In this document: positions 9,892-19,639 of the stretch, one piece after another
Numbering within the stretch: position 1 is the stretch's first letter
How the letters are laid out: each line of letters opens with the position of its first letter
Assembly: GCA_964236955.1 (NCBI GenBank)
Contig: CAXSGP010000026.1
Coordinates: forward strand, 1 to 50,483
From: an uncultured Oligoflexus sp.
GTDB lineage: Bacteria; Bdellovibrionota_B; Oligoflexia; Oligoflexales; Oligoflexaceae
DNA: 50,483 nucleotides
Reading direction: 5' to 3'
Notes under the pieces: generated by a model
Databases searched by the model: none
Told to the model about the DNA's origin: nothing
What the model saw: the letters and a program-made list of their open reading frames with translations, nothing else
Made by a program: the position numbers and the translations under genes

Positions 9892-10812
9892 ATGCAAATT
9901 ACGCAACTCCGGCAAGCCGACCTTAATCTTCTTGTCGTCTTCGCAGTATTGGCTGAAGAGCGCAGCATCTCGGCCACGGCGAAGCGCCTCTATTTAAGCC
10001 AGCCGGCGGTTAGCCGGGCCTTCCAGAGGCTCCAGTCCATGTTTAACGACAAACTGTTGGTTCGAAATAAAAGCGGTTATGAGCTTACCACCCACGGCCA
10101 AAGAATTATAATCGAGTTGGAAGGTTTGCTGCCAAGGATTGATCAGCTTTTGCGAGGCTCCGCATTTGATCCGACCACGGAGGCGGCGAGTTTTAGAATC
10201 AGCGGCACCGATTACGCCTGCAGCGTCCTGGGTCCCGCTCTCACACGCCGGGTTATGGCCAAGGACAATAAAATATCTCTTGAATTTCATGGCTGGAACC
10301 CCTCTGTGTATCAGGATATCGAGCACGGCAGAATTGACCTGGCTTTCCATGCCGAAGATGGCTTGTTTCCCTCTCATTTCACCAGGGAAGTCCTCTTCGA
10401 AGAGGACATGGTTTGTGTTGTCGCAAAAAACAGCCCCCATAAGAAAAAAATTTCCCTCAAAAACTACGCGGAAGCCAATCACGTTATCGTATCTCTGGTT
10501 CAGGCTGAGCAAAGTTTTCCCGACATCCAGCTCGCCGCACTCGGCATCGTGCGCCGCTCCAAACTTCGCTTACCCTATTTTTCAGCAGCAATAGACGCCA
10601 TTCCCGGCACTGATATGATAGCCACGGTGCCGAAGCGATTTGCCATCAATCATAGGAATAACGCCAACATCATCTGCATCAAGCCGCCTGCTGAAATAAA
10701 TGGGTATAATTACCTAATGGTTTGGCATCCGCGGGTGAATACCGATTCAACCAACGAATGGCTGCGTAAGCAGATCCGAGCTGTTTCAAAGGCTATAAGT
10801 GGAAAAAAATAG
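9892..10812 (+). CDS. LysR-family transcriptional regulator (NodD/LeuO-like)
   Basis: DLNLLVVF..LAEERSISATAKRLYLSQPAVSRA HTH; FDP..F.I..TDY; LMVWHPR...WLR; ATG at 9892 preferred over 9862. Confidence 0.92.
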   Translation: MQITQLRQADLNLLVVFAVLAEERSISATAKRLYLSQPAVSRAFQRLQSMFNDKLLVRNKSGYELTTHGQRIIIELEGLLPRIDQLLRGSAFDPTTEAASFRISGTDYACSVLGPALTRRVMAKDNKISLEFHGWNPSVYQDIEHGRIDLAFHAEDGLFPSHFTREVLFEEDMVCVVAKNSPHKKKISLKNYAEANHVIVSLVQAEQSFPDIQLAALGIVRRSKLRLPYFSAAIDAIPGTDMIATVPKRFAINHRNNANIICIKPPAEINGYNYLMVWHPRVNTDSTNEWLRKQIRAVSKAISGKK

Positions 10813-10837
10813 AGCGCTGGAGTTATTTTTACAGGCG

Positions 10838-10972
10838 GGAAATGACGATATGGACTGCTGCCCCTATAAATATCGTCATCTAGTCGAAAATATCTTTGCG
10901 CGTCTCAAAGACTTTCGTTCTATCGCTATACGATAAGAAAAGCTCAAGAGACATTACGAATCGATGGTATCG
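10838..10972 (+). pseudogene. Degenerate C-terminal fragment of an IS5-family transposase
   Basis: Translates as GNDDMDCCPYKYRHLVENIFARLKDFRSIAIR*EKLKRHYESMVS, matching the IS5-type Y..RHLVEN.FARLK.FR.IATRYDKL motif, with TAA at 10934-10936. Confidence 0.8.
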
Positions 10973-11046
10973 CCATCAGTTCTTCGTTTTTGTTCATGGA
11001 TCGAGAGCCCCTACATAAACTTAAGCTAAATCCATCGACCACTACT

Positions 11047-11062
11047 CGGGCAAGGGTTTGCG
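11047..11062 (+). promoter_or_regulatory. Candidate sigma54 -24/-12 promoter for katE
   Basis: CGGGCAA-GGGT-TTGCG: exact GG-N10-GC spacing about 155 nt upstream of the start; -24 flank is imperfect. Confidence 0.35.
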
Positions 11063-11216
11063 AATAATACTGTCAAAAAGAAAGTAGGAAGTTCTATTCT
11101 TTTCTTTCATGCTCTTTTCAGAAATCCTCGCCAGTGAAATAGGCCCTCTTGGGGTCCCACTGCGTAATCGAAGATTCTAACCACCGGAAAAATTTAATAA
11201 AAAAAACGGAGACGTG

Positions 11217-13643
11217 ATGGTTGCCAAAAAGCCTGACAAAAAATCCTCTGAGCCTCATATTGACAATCCTGCAGGGGACGCAAAGTCTAGCAGTGCGAGG
11301 ACCACTGTCAGCGGTCCATCCAACAAGGCGGCCTCAGGCATCGACGACGCTATCACCAAAAAAATGGACGAGACCAATACCCTCGTCAGTCAGTTCCCTT
11401 TTAATGCCAATAAGCCTTCCGAATATGGTGCTGCCTCAAGTGCTCCTAAAGCCGGAGCTAAAGCCCAAGCCCCCAGCCCAAACGTCACAGCCAGTACCCT
11501 GACTGAGGGGGTCGGTTCGTTAAAAGCGGGTTCCGGTCGGCCAAATCTTGGTCACAATCCGGGCAACCTGCCGCTTGATCGGGTCCGTGCCGATTCTTCA
11601 GATCGGGTCCTGACAACTAACCACGGCGTGCCAGTAGGCGATAACCAGCATTCGTTGAAGGCTGGCCTTCGCGGGCCGGCTCTTCTTGAAGATTTTATTC
11701 TTAGAGAAAAGCTCACCCACTTTGATCATGAGCGCATTCCCGAGCGTATCGTTCATGCACGCGGGTCGGCAGCGCATGGCTTCTTTGAATCCTACGGACC
11801 GAGGACCGACGTGACGAGGGCTTCGCTTTTTGCTGAAAAAGGGAAACGAACGCCGGTGTTTGTACGTTTTTCGACAGTGATTGGCGAAAGAGGATCGCCC
11901 GACACAGTCCGCGATCCTCGTGGCTTCGCAGTAAAATTCTACACCGACGAAGGCAACTGGGACCTAGTCGGTAATAATATGCCCGTATTCTTTATTCAGG
12001 ACGCGATTAAATTTCCTGACCTAGTCCATGCGGCAAAACCTGAACCCCATTTTGCGATGCCGCAAGCTTCCACCGCCCACGATACCTTTTGGGATTTCGT
12101 GTCCCTGATGCCCGAGTCTACCCACATGCTGATGTGGATAATGTCTGACCGTGGGGTGCCGCGAAGCTATCGAATGATGGAAGGCTTTGGCGTTCACACC
12201 TTTCGCCTTGTGAATGCGGAGGGTGCATCGACCTTCGTGAAATTCCACTGGCGACCGCTGGCCGGGGTGCATAGTCTCGACTGGGATGAAGCGGTAAAAA
12301 TAGCGGGCGCTGATGCCGACTTTCATCGCCGGGACCTTTGGGAAGCGATCGAGTCTGGAAACTTTCCGGAATGGGAACTCTTCTTTCAGATGTTCACGGA
12401 AGAACAGGCCGAAAAATTCAGCTTTGATGTGCTTGATGCCACAAAATTAATTCCCGAAGAGCTTGTGCCGCTGACCCCGGTGGGACGCATGACACTCAAT
12501 CGCAATCCGGACAATTTCTTTGCTGAGACTGAGCAGGTTGCATTTTGTACGGCGCATGTCGTTCCGGGAATCGATTTTTCCAATGACCCCCTGCTTGCGG
12601 GCCGTATCCATTCCTATGTTGATACGCAGATATCCCGATTGGGTGGACCGAACTTCCACGAGATTCCGATCAACTCCTCCATAGCGCAGGTTCATAACAA
12701 TCAGCGTGACGGGATGCATCGCCAGACAATAAACAGAGGCCGCGTCTCCTATGAACCGAACTCGCTTGGGGGAGGCTGTCCGTTCCAAGCTGGGGGTGCC
12801 GGCTTCACCTCCTTCCGCGAAGCCCCTCAGGGCGACAAAGTGAGAGGTAATCCCGAGCGCTTCGCGGAGCACTATGAACAGGCCAAGCTGTTCTATAATA
12901 GTCAGGCGCCAATCGAACAGGCTCATATTTTGCGGGCCTTTCGCTTTGAATTGACCCGAATCCAGGTACCTGCGATTCGGGAGCGGGTGGTGGCAATGCT
13001 TGCCAACGTCGACAAAAAATTGGCGCAGGACCTTGCGGCGGAACTCGGAATCGAAATGCCTAAAGCTTTGCCAAAGGCAACGGCAAAAGTCTTCAGCCCA
13101 GAGCTGACGGTTGCCCCCTCGCTTTCGCTTTTTTCTCACCCTGGCGATGGTAGCATCCGCACCCGAAAGATCGCGGTTCTCATCGCAAATGGCTCCGACG
13201 GCAAAGCTGCGCAGGCGTTGCATGCTGGGCTCGCGAAGGCCGGTGCCGTGCCGCGCTATATCGGGATTCGCCTGGGAGCGGTAACGACCGATACCGGCGA
13301 CAGCCTCGATGTCGAAGGAACATTTGAGACCATGCCTTCGGTACTCTTTGATGCCGTTGCCGTCCCTGGCGGAAAAACGGCGATAATCACCCTCGGCAAC
13401 GTCGGTCAGGTTATGGAGTTCCTTAAGGATCAGTACCGCCATGCAAAGCCTATTCTTGCCCTTGCTGAGGGGACCGATCTCATCGAGAACGCCGGCTGTG
13501 CCGCCGTCCTTCCGTCGGGTAAGAAGGATCCAGGCGTGTTGGCAGATCGTAAGGCTTCCGCGACCGATGTTCTTCCTGACTTCATAAAAGCCCTGGCTAA
13601 ACATCGTCATCATGAGCGTGAAATCGATCCGCCGCTCGTATGA
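11217..13643 (+). CDS. katE: Large-subunit catalase HPII with C-terminal DJ-1/PfpI-like domain
   Basis: [36 protein letters not shown], proximal RIHSYVDTQ motif, C-terminal glutamine amidotransferase-like domain. Confidence 0.97.
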   Translation: MVAKKPDKKSSEPHIDNPAGDAKSSSARTTVSGPSNKAASGIDDAITKKMDETNTLVSQFPFNANKPSEYGAASSAPKAGAKAQAPSPNVTASTLTEGVGSLKAGSGRPNLGHNPGNLPLDRVRADSSDRVLTTNHGVPVGDNQHSLKAGLRGPALLEDFILREKLTHFDHERIPERIVHARGSAAHGFFESYGPRTDVTRASLFAEKGKRTPVFVRFSTVIGERGSPDTVRDPRGFAVKFYTDEGNWDLVGNNMPVFFIQDAIKFPDLVHAAKPEPHFAMPQASTAHDTFWDFVSLMPESTHMLMWIMSDRGVPRSYRMMEGFGVHTFRLVNAEGASTFVKFHWRPLAGVHSLDWDEAVKIAGADADFHRRDLWEAIESGNFPEWELFFQMFTEEQAEKFSFDVLDATKLIPEELVPLTPVGRMTLNRNPDNFFAETEQVAFCTAHVVPGIDFSNDPLLAGRIHSYVDTQISRLGGPNFHEIPINSSIAQVHNNQRDGMHRQTINRGRVSYEPNSLGGGCPFQAGGAGFTSFREAPQGDKVRGNPERFAEHYEQAKLFYNSQAPIEQAHILRAFRFELTRIQVPAIRERVVAMLANVDKKLAQDLAAELGIEMPKALPKATAKVFSPELTVAPSLSLFSHPGDGSIRTRKIAVLIANGSDGKAAQALHAGLAKAGAVPRYIGIRLGAVTTDTGDSLDVEGTFETMPSVLFDAVAVPGGKTAIITLGNVGQVMEFLKDQYRHAKPILALAEGTDLIENAGCAAVLPSGKKDPGVLADRKASATDVLPDFIKALAKHRHHEREIDPPLV

Positions 13644-13702
13644 AGGAAGATGTCTGACTTTTGAAATTTTATTGAAACTCAGGGATAAGGAACAGTGAGT
13701 AT

Positions 13703-14338
13703 ATGAAAAAAACGACGGCAAAAGTACAGACGAGATCTCAGGTCAAAGTGAAACAATTGAATGAACTCATCCTCCAGTCTCTCGAACATGAGCTGGGTGG
13801 CGTCAAGATTTATCAGGTAGCTTTAAAATGTGTCCTTAATAGCGATTTGCAGAAGGAATGGACTCAATATCTGGCCGAAACCAAAACTCATGTCAAAGTC
13901 CTTGAAGAGGTTTGCGCCACGCTAAAGATAGATTCGAAAGAAGAAACTCCCGGACGCGCCGTGGTTCGGCACAATGGAGCCGCCCTGGTCCAGGCCATGG
14001 AGATGGCTTTAGCACAGGGTGCTCCTGAGGCAGCGGAGCTTGTTGCCTGCGAGTGTGTGGTCCTGGCCGAGACCAAGGACCATTTGAATTGGACGCTTAT
14101 CGGTAAATGCGCGCAGCATCTCGAGGGAGCGGAAGGGGAAGCTCTGAAGAAGGCCTACGATCAGATTGAAGACCAGGAGGATGAGCATCTCTACCATACC
14201 AAGGGTTGGTGCCGGGAACTTTGGGTGCAATCTCTCGGGATAGCCGCCATGCTGCCGCCACCGGAAGAAAGACAGAAGGTAAAAACAGCTATGAGCGCTG
14301 CAAGAGCAGAACAATTAGCTGAGCTCGTCCGGAATTGA
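13703..14338 (+). CDS. Ferritin-like di-iron protein (DUF892/YciF-like)
   Basis: Helical protein with ExxH-type motifs (ETKTH, ETKDH, EDEH); directly follows katE. Confidence 0.7.
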   Translation: MKKTTAKVQTRSQVKVKQLNELILQSLEHELGGVKIYQVALKCVLNSDLQKEWTQYLAETKTHVKVLEEVCATLKIDSKEETPGRAVVRHNGAALVQAMEMALAQGAPEAAELVACECVVLAETKDHLNWTLIGKCAQHLEGAEGEALKKAYDQIEDQEDEHLYHTKGWCRELWVQSLGIAAMLPPPEERQKVKTAMSAARAEQLAELVRN

Positions 14339-14361
14339 AGGGTACTCGGGGAGAACGGGAT

Positions 14362-14387
14362 AAAGCTGAGGAATTCCTCGGCTTTTT
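14362..14387 (+). terminator. Rho-independent terminator after katE-ferritin-like pair
   Basis: AAAGCTGAGG-AATT-CCTCGGCTTT (one G-U pair) followed by further Ts. Confidence 0.65.
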
Positions 14388-14443
14388 CTCGTTCCAGCCG
14401 GCGATGTTAGCTATTATGTTTGACGAATGAAGAGGCGCAGGAA

Positions 14444-15712
14444 ATGGCTCATGATGCAATAAGGGTCGAAACACGGGACCACCTTCTCGCGACACTTGCC
14501 GAAGCTTCCGAACTTGAGCACAATCTTATGTGCATGTATCTCTTTGCGATGTTTAGTCTAAAAGATTCGACAAAGGAAGATCTTAGCGAAGCCGAACTCT
14601 CTAAAGTTAAAAACTGGCGTAAATCAATCCTTGACGTTGCGATTCAAGAGATGGGTCACCTTGCCTTGGTTGCAAACCTCACAACAGCAGTAGGTGGACA
14701 TGCGCATTTTCACAGGAATAATTTTCCGGTTAGGCCTGGGCATTTTCCCGCAGAATTTGTGATGAATCTCAGAAGGTTCGACGAAGAAACGCTGGACCAT
14801 TTTATATTTCTGGAGCGACCGGAAACTGAGGACGTTAGCGACGATGAAATTTCCGAACAGAATCTAAAGTATGAAAGAGGAAGTCCACGGGCACGCATCG
14901 CCGCTTTTGTTGGGGATTACGGAACCGTCGGCAAACTCTATAAGGCGGTGTCGCGTGGTATTCGCGACCTGACGCAAGACCTTGGACGTGAGGGCCTTTT
15001 CTGCGGTAGCCACAGTTTACAGCTGGGCCCCAAGGATATAAAACTGAATGGGCTCGAAGTCATTAAGGATGAGGTTGCCGCCGAGGTCGCCATACAAAAA
15101 ATTATTGAGCAGGGCGAGGGGGCTAAGTCCACAAAAGGTTCCCACTTTGAAACCTTTTCGACGATCCGTGATGACTATCAGGAACTCCTCAGGAAGAATC
15201 CTTTTTTCACGCCGTCGAGACCCACGGCCAGTAATCCTGTCATGCGAAAACCAACTCCGGACGAAACGGAAAGCCTTTGGGTAACCGACCCGTTAGCTGC
15301 CAAATATATGGATCTGTCCAATGCCCTCTACAATCTTTTGATACGCTTTCTGGTGCAGATATATTCTCAAAGTGGTCGGGCCCAGGCTGAGAAAAGCAGG
15401 CTGCTAGGCGGCGCTTTTTCGGCAATGCATGCCCTGAGTGCCTCGGCGTCTATACTGTCCTCATTGCCAGCCACGTCCGCCAAAGACGTCAACGCTGGCA
15501 TCAGCTTTGCCACGAATCGCTTTTTAAATTCTTATGACCAATCGTGCGAGACAAGAATCATCAAGGAGCAAATCAATAAACTTATCGACTATACCAGTGC
15601 CCTGATCAAAGAGTCGCGTGCCGACTTCCAAAATATGGTTGATTTCGATGGAACATGCCAAAGTCTGAATGCGATTTTCACGGCCATGACGCAATGCCTC
15701 GCGACATTTTAA
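14444..15712 (+). CDS. Ferritin-like domain protein (VioB/RebD C-terminal-like family)
   Basis: LAEASELEHNLMCMYLFAMFSLK, VAIQEMGHL..VANL..AVGG, F..LERP, IIEQGEG, SHFETF; ATG at 14444. Confidence 0.75.
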   Translation: MAHDAIRVETRDHLLATLAEASELEHNLMCMYLFAMFSLKDSTKEDLSEAELSKVKNWRKSILDVAIQEMGHLALVANLTTAVGGHAHFHRNNFPVRPGHFPAEFVMNLRRFDEETLDHFIFLERPETEDVSDDEISEQNLKYERGSPRARIAAFVGDYGTVGKLYKAVSRGIRDLTQDLGREGLFCGSHSLQLGPKDIKLNGLEVIKDEVAAEVAIQKIIEQGEGAKSTKGSHFETFSTIRDDYQELLRKNPFFTPSRPTASNPVMRKPTPDETESLWVTDPLAAKYMDLSNALYNLLIRFLVQIYSQSGRAQAEKSRLLGGAFSAMHALSASASILSSLPATSAKDVNAGISFATNRFLNSYDQSCETRIIKEQINKLIDYTSALIKESRADFQNMVDFDGTCQSLNAIFTAMTQCLATF

Positions 15713-15726
15713 GCGACTTTCACGCA

Positions 15727-15787
15727 GGGACGCCGTGGCCACCGATAAGAGGACGGAAGGCGTCCCTATCCTTGCCATCCGTCCTCT
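15727..15787. other. Predicted H-type RNA pseudoknot in convergent intergenic region
   Basis: S1 GGGACGCC(15727-34)/GGCGTCCC(15759-66); S2 AGAGGACGGA(15748-57)/TCCGTCCTCT(15778-87); loops of 13, 1 and 11 nt. Confidence 0.5.
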
Positions 15788-15813
15788 CGCGACAAAGGCT
15801 CCGAAGCCTGAGT

Positions 15814-16638
15814 TTAGGCCTGCTTTACTGCCTCTTTTGTCTCAACAATAGAACGTTTCCGAAGATCAAAGAGGGATCCTTCCGTCATCAGATGAAGCTT
15901 GACTCCCGATAGCGCCAGGACCTGAGAGTCTTCATCATCTTTATCAGGCAATCCACTTGTCACTCGTCCCACGTCAAGGACAGTGACCGATCCCTCGCCG
16001 ATTACGGAACAAATATTTTTCTTTACAATCAGTGAAGTATTTTCATCGATACCTATCCCAAGATAATGAGGATTTCTAGCAATCGCCGATAGCAGTCGAT
16101 TCGTCCGGCCGCGCTGGGAAAAGTGTTGATCGACGATAGCTCCGGAGAGAAAATTCAGCCCCGCACCTAATTTAGTCTGACCCACGGTGGGCGTTTCCGA
16201 GGCTGCACCCTCGATTATCATCAAGCTTGACATCATGGAGGCGCCTGCGCTTGTGCCAGCTAAAATCAAACCATCATCATAACGGCTGTGCAGGGCCATA
16301 TCCACATCAGTGCCGCCAATCACACTGCTGATTCTAAATTGGCTGCCGCCGGTGAAAAACACTCCGGTAGCCTTATTAATTTCAGCTATCGTGTCTTCGG
16401 CAAAGGCCTCGGTCCGATGAGCAATATGTATAGTTTTGAGATAGACGTCGTCACCCGCTATCACTTTAAATACTTTTTCATAATCGCTTCCGACTTCCTC
16501 GGGCAACTGTGTTGCTGCAGTCATGATAATGATTCGCGCTTCAGAGTTGCCCGATAAGCGGACGAACTCTCGCAAAATCTTCATTTCGCTTTTTTTATCT
16601 TCCGCCCCACCTATGATCATTAGAACACCTTGACTCAT
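15814..16638 (-). CDS. cphB: Cyanophycinase (peptidase S51)
   Basis: LMIIGGAEDK, FFTGGSQ, nucleophile GTSAGA, VDQHFSQRGR..RL, GIGIDE; likely ATG at 16638; no signal peptide. Confidence 0.9.
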   Translation of the reverse strand: MSQGVLMIIGGAEDKKSEMKILREFVRLSGNSEARIIIMTAATQLPEEVGSDYEKVFKVIAGDDVYLKTIHIAHRTEAFAEDTIAEINKATGVFFTGGSQFRISSVIGGTDVDMALHSRYDDGLILAGTSAGASMMSSLMIIEGAASETPTVGQTKLGAGLNFLSGAIVDQHFSQRGRTNRLLSAIARNPHYLGIGIDENTSLIVKKNICSVIGEGSVTVLDVGRVTSGLPDKDDEDSQVLALSGVKLHLMTEGSLFDLRKRSIVETKEAVKQA

Positions 16639-16752
16639 TTTCTGATTCCTTTGACTCTGGTTTAATATGGAAATTCCGACCCATACGGGTTGGTTTAAGT
16701 GACCATTCATAATGGAAACGCTGAAATTTTGATAGATCGAAGGCTTAGCCAG

Positions 16753-17505
16753 TTATGGACAGATATTTCTGGGTCGACCCGCAATGGTGCGGATCGGCTC
16801 GCCTTGCGATCCGCGAAGCTTGCCCAGCTTCCATTCATAGTCATTTAAATCTTGAGTCATAATCTGAAGTTCCCGCCTTGAATACACTCTAAGACAGGAG
16901 ACAAAACCATCCCAAAGCATCACTAGCGGAATAATGGGGACAATGTAAGTAAGAAAAAGCTGTGCCGCACCCGGGTTTTTCGTTTTGGGTAGAAAAGCCA
17001 TGACGAGGAGTGGTGCCTTAAGACATGCGCTCCAAGCACCCTTTGAACGATCGCAAGCCTCAAATATTACGATGTTCTCTCCAGAATCAACGGTTGATGC
17101 AAGGAGTCGCTGAGCATCGTGAGGGGAAAGGTGATGAAAGCCATCATAAATCACCCGAAGACCAGGATAGTCGGAAAGATCACCCGCCGCATCCACAGGC
17201 CTTGTTTCATAGACAATCCTTGTGTCGTTTGTGGAAAAATTCAAATCTGGATTGAGGTCGGTCAAGGTCACTTTGATAGTCTCGGGAACTTGGCCCATAA
17301 CGTCCAGAATTCCCCCTCCCGAGCCGGCACCAAGCACTAAAATATTGCGTTTATCACCAAGATACTCAAGCAAAAGGGGTGCGGTATTGATAAAAAGCCC
17401 GGTTTTACGGGAAATGATAACAAGGAGTTCTGTTATCGATCGGCGAATTATAGAAGGGCACCAAGGCATATCGCCAAATTCAAACAGTCTAAGATGCTTT
17501 TCCAT
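16753..17505 (-). CDS. Class I SAM-dependent methyltransferase-like protein
   Basis: LFEFGD.PW.P N-terminus, VLGAGSGG motif I, LTDL, VDA, FHHL, WDG.VSCLRVY. Confidence 0.7.
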   Translation of the reverse strand: MEKHLRLFEFGDMPWCPSIIRRSITELLVIISRKTGLFINTAPLLLEYLGDKRNILVLGAGSGGGILDVMGQVPETIKVTLTDLNPDLNFSTNDTRIVYETRPVDAAGDLSDYPGLRVIYDGFHHLSPHDAQRLLASTVDSGENIVIFEACDRSKGAWSACLKAPLLVMAFLPKTKNPGAAQLFLTYIVPIIPLVMLWDGFVSCLRVYSRRELQIMTQDLNDYEWKLGKLRGSQGEPIRTIAGRPRNICP

Positions 17506-17535
17506 GCTCGTACCCGTGGTCCATTTTTAAAAGCG

Positions 17536-17565
17536 AAAATCAGCAGGCTAAGAACCGCTGATTTT
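17536..17565 (-). other. Stem-loop in leader of methyltransferase gene
   Basis: AAAATCAGC...GCTGATTTT 9-bp inverted repeat 30 nt upstream of the ATG. Confidence 0.45.
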
Positions 17566-17741
17566 GTCTTTGCAAAAAATGATCCCAAACGAGGCGAAAA
17601 AAGGCCCTCCATTTATTAGATAAAGGATTCCAAATGATTATGTTTCTTCTTTTGAAGAGGGGAGGGCTTCTGCAGCAAAATCAAGCAAGTCGGCACTTAG
17701 TGATATATCGGCGTAGGGAGCCGGCCTCCGTTACCCTACCC

Positions 17742-18743
17742 TCAAAGATCACTCAGACCCCAACTGCTGTCGATTCCCTGCTTTTTTAAGAACTCTTCAT
17801 TATACAGTTTGGAAGTCGATCGTTCCCCTAGATCGCAGGCGACTGTGACGATGCGTTTGCCATGGCCCATTCCCTTGGCCATGCGATAGGCGGCTGCGAC
17901 ATTCAGGGCGCTACTGCTCCCTAAGATGATTCCATCATGATCACGGACATGGCGACTGATCGTGACCAAGTCCTGATCCGAGATCTGATAAGCATCGTCA
18001 ATCTGGGCTTCCTTAAAGTTGGCAACCAGGCGCATGATGCCTATACCTTCGGTGATTGAACTTCCTTGGGATTTAAATTCACCGGTTTTTACATAAGAGA
18101 AGAGACCGGATCCCTCCGGATCCACAAGCGCTGTATAAACCTTAGGATCCCGTTCCTTAAGGAATTTTGAGCAGCCTGCCAGCGTGCCGCCAGTGCCGGC
18201 AGCTGCAACAAAACCATCAATCGATCCATCAGTCTGCTGCCAGATCTCAGGCCCGGTCCCCTGATAATGGGCGCGATAATTGGCAAGATTCTCAAACTGA
18301 TTGGCCCACCAGTAGCGGGTGGGTTCAGCTTCCGCCATTCGCCTGGCAGTGTGATAGAAGTGGCTTTGGTTGGCAAAGGGCACGGGCTCGACCAATATGA
18401 GGTCCGCCCCGTAGAGTTCTATCATTTTCTCCTTTTCAGGACTTTGCCCCTTAGGCATGACGACAGTCGTCTTAAGACCTTTGACTCGGGCCACGAGGGC
18501 CAAGCCGATGCCGGTATTACCGGCAGTGCCTTCAATAACGGTCATGCCGGGCTTTAGAGCGCCGGATGCCAAAGCCTCTTCTATCATTGCCTTGGCCGCG
18601 CGGTCCTTGACTGAGCCGCCAGGATTCATAAATTCGCATTTCACCAGTATTTCGCAGCCCGAGCTGCGACTTAACGATGAAATACGTAAGAGAGGCGTTC
18701 GGCCGATCAGCTCAATTTGATTGTGAACGCGGATGTTCTGCAT
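17742..18743 (-). CDS. cysK: Cysteine synthase (O-acetylserine sulfhydrylase, PLP-dependent)
   Basis: IGRTPL, KCEFMNPGGSVKDR (PLP Lys), EGTAGNTGIGL, NQFEN, GTGGT, TEGIG. Confidence 0.93.
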   Translation of the reverse strand: MQNIRVHNQIELIGRTPLLRISSLSRSSGCEILVKCEFMNPGGSVKDRAAKAMIEEALASGALKPGMTVIEGTAGNTGIGLALVARVKGLKTTVVMPKGQSPEKEKMIELYGADLILVEPVPFANQSHFYHTARRMAEAEPTRYWWANQFENLANYRAHYQGTGPEIWQQTDGSIDGFVAAAGTGGTLAGCSKFLKERDPKVYTALVDPEGSGLFSYVKTGEFKSQGSSITEGIGIMRLVANFKEAQIDDAYQISDQDLVTISRHVRDHDGIILGSSSALNVAAAYRMAKGMGHGKRIVTVACDLGERSTSKLYNEEFLKKQGIDSSWGLSDL

Positions 18744-18778
18744 CGTTGGTTCCTATCATGACGGGAGACCGGAGGGGT

Positions 18779-19639
18779 TTAATTTTTGCCTTCAGCGAAT
18801 TGAAATTCCTGGAGCTTAAACGTCTTTTCATTGCCTTCACCGATCAAGACTATATTCAATTCCTTTTTCTTCGAAAAATCAGCTTTGTAGATAATCTGAA
18901 TCATAGAGCCGCGCGACCGTGCTGCGACCTTGGTGATTGAGGCGAATTTGCCATAATTTTGCACCTCGGCTATTTTTTTGAAGAGCCTGGTTGCAAGATC
19001 TTGCGTCAGGGCCTGCATATCAGCCTCGGCCAGTTCTTTGATTTTTTTCACTTCCACGGGCTTATAATTATCGCCGTGAACATCGATGCCGAGAATTTTG
19101 ATATCGGCTTCCGGTTTAGTCCCCGTGGTTTTAGCATTCGAAATTGCAATGGCAATATCGGTGCCCTTGGTAATTTCGCCGAAGATCGAATGTTTGCCAT
19201 CCAGGTGAGCGGCAGGAGCGACGGTTATAAAAAACTGACTGCCGTTCGTGTTTGGACCCGAGTTGGCCATCGATACCATACCCGCCTTATCATGCTTGAG
19301 GCCGGGACCAAATTCATCGGCGAAAGAATAACCAGGCCCCCCATTGCCGGTACCCTGAGGATCGCCGGTCTGAATCATGAAACCAGGCACGACGCGATGG
19401 AAGAGAAGGTTGTCGTAGAATTTACTGCGCGCCAGCTGCACAAAATTCGCGACGGTTTGGGGTGCTTTATCAGGGAAGAGACGCATCTCCATATTGCCCA
19501 TGGATGTCCGTATAGTCGCCGTTAAATCCTGAACGGAAGCAGAAGGTGGCGCTACGACTGGTACCTTCTCCTCGGCTGAAAGACCAAGCCCTGGAAATAT
19601 AAACCACGGCAATACCAACGATAGTAAAAAGAGACGCAT
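18779..19639 (-). CDS. Exported cyclophilin-type peptidyl-prolyl isomerase with C-terminal extension
   Basis: Signal peptide; APQTVANF, FHRVVPGFMIQTGDP.GTG.GGPGY, MANSGPNTNGSQFFIT, HLDGKHSIFG. Confidence 0.93.
   Translation of the reverse strand: MRLFLLSLVLPWFIFPGLGLSAEEKVPVVAPPSASVQDLTATIRTSMGNMEMRLFPDKAPQTVANFVQLARSKFYDNLLFHRVVPGFMIQTGDPQGTGNGGPGYSFADEFGPGLKHDKAGMVSMANSGPNTNGSQFFITVAPAAHLDGKHSIFGEITKGTDIAIAISNAKTTGTKPEADIKILGIDVHGDNYKPVEVKKIKELAEADMQALTQDLATRLFKKIAEVQNYGKFASITKVAARSRGSMIQIIYKADFSKKKELNIVLIGEGNEKTFKLQEFQFAEGKN

Noticed and set aside
12447..13721. 424-aa antisense ORF over katE
   Set aside because: Shadow of a well-conserved sense gene; no recognisable motifs
15727..15787. 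HDV-like or pistol ribozyme assignment for the pseudoknot
   Set aside because: No P3/L3 or P1.1 elements between the stems and no recognisable catalytic core
15704..15790. Programmed frameshift or readthrough at TTT-TAA stimulated by the pseudoknot
   Set aside because: No XXXYYYZ heptamer, the 14-nt spacer is long, in-frame readthrough stops after 11 codons, and the alternative frame runs antisense into cphB
16668..16683. sigma54-like box before cphB (TGGGTCG-GAAT-TTCCA)
   Set aside because: -12 element lacks the conserved G; too weak to call
17705..17731. GCCGATAT FliA -10 box on the minus strand after cysK
   Set aside because: No TAAA/TCAA-like -35 element at 15-nt spacing (reads ACGG)
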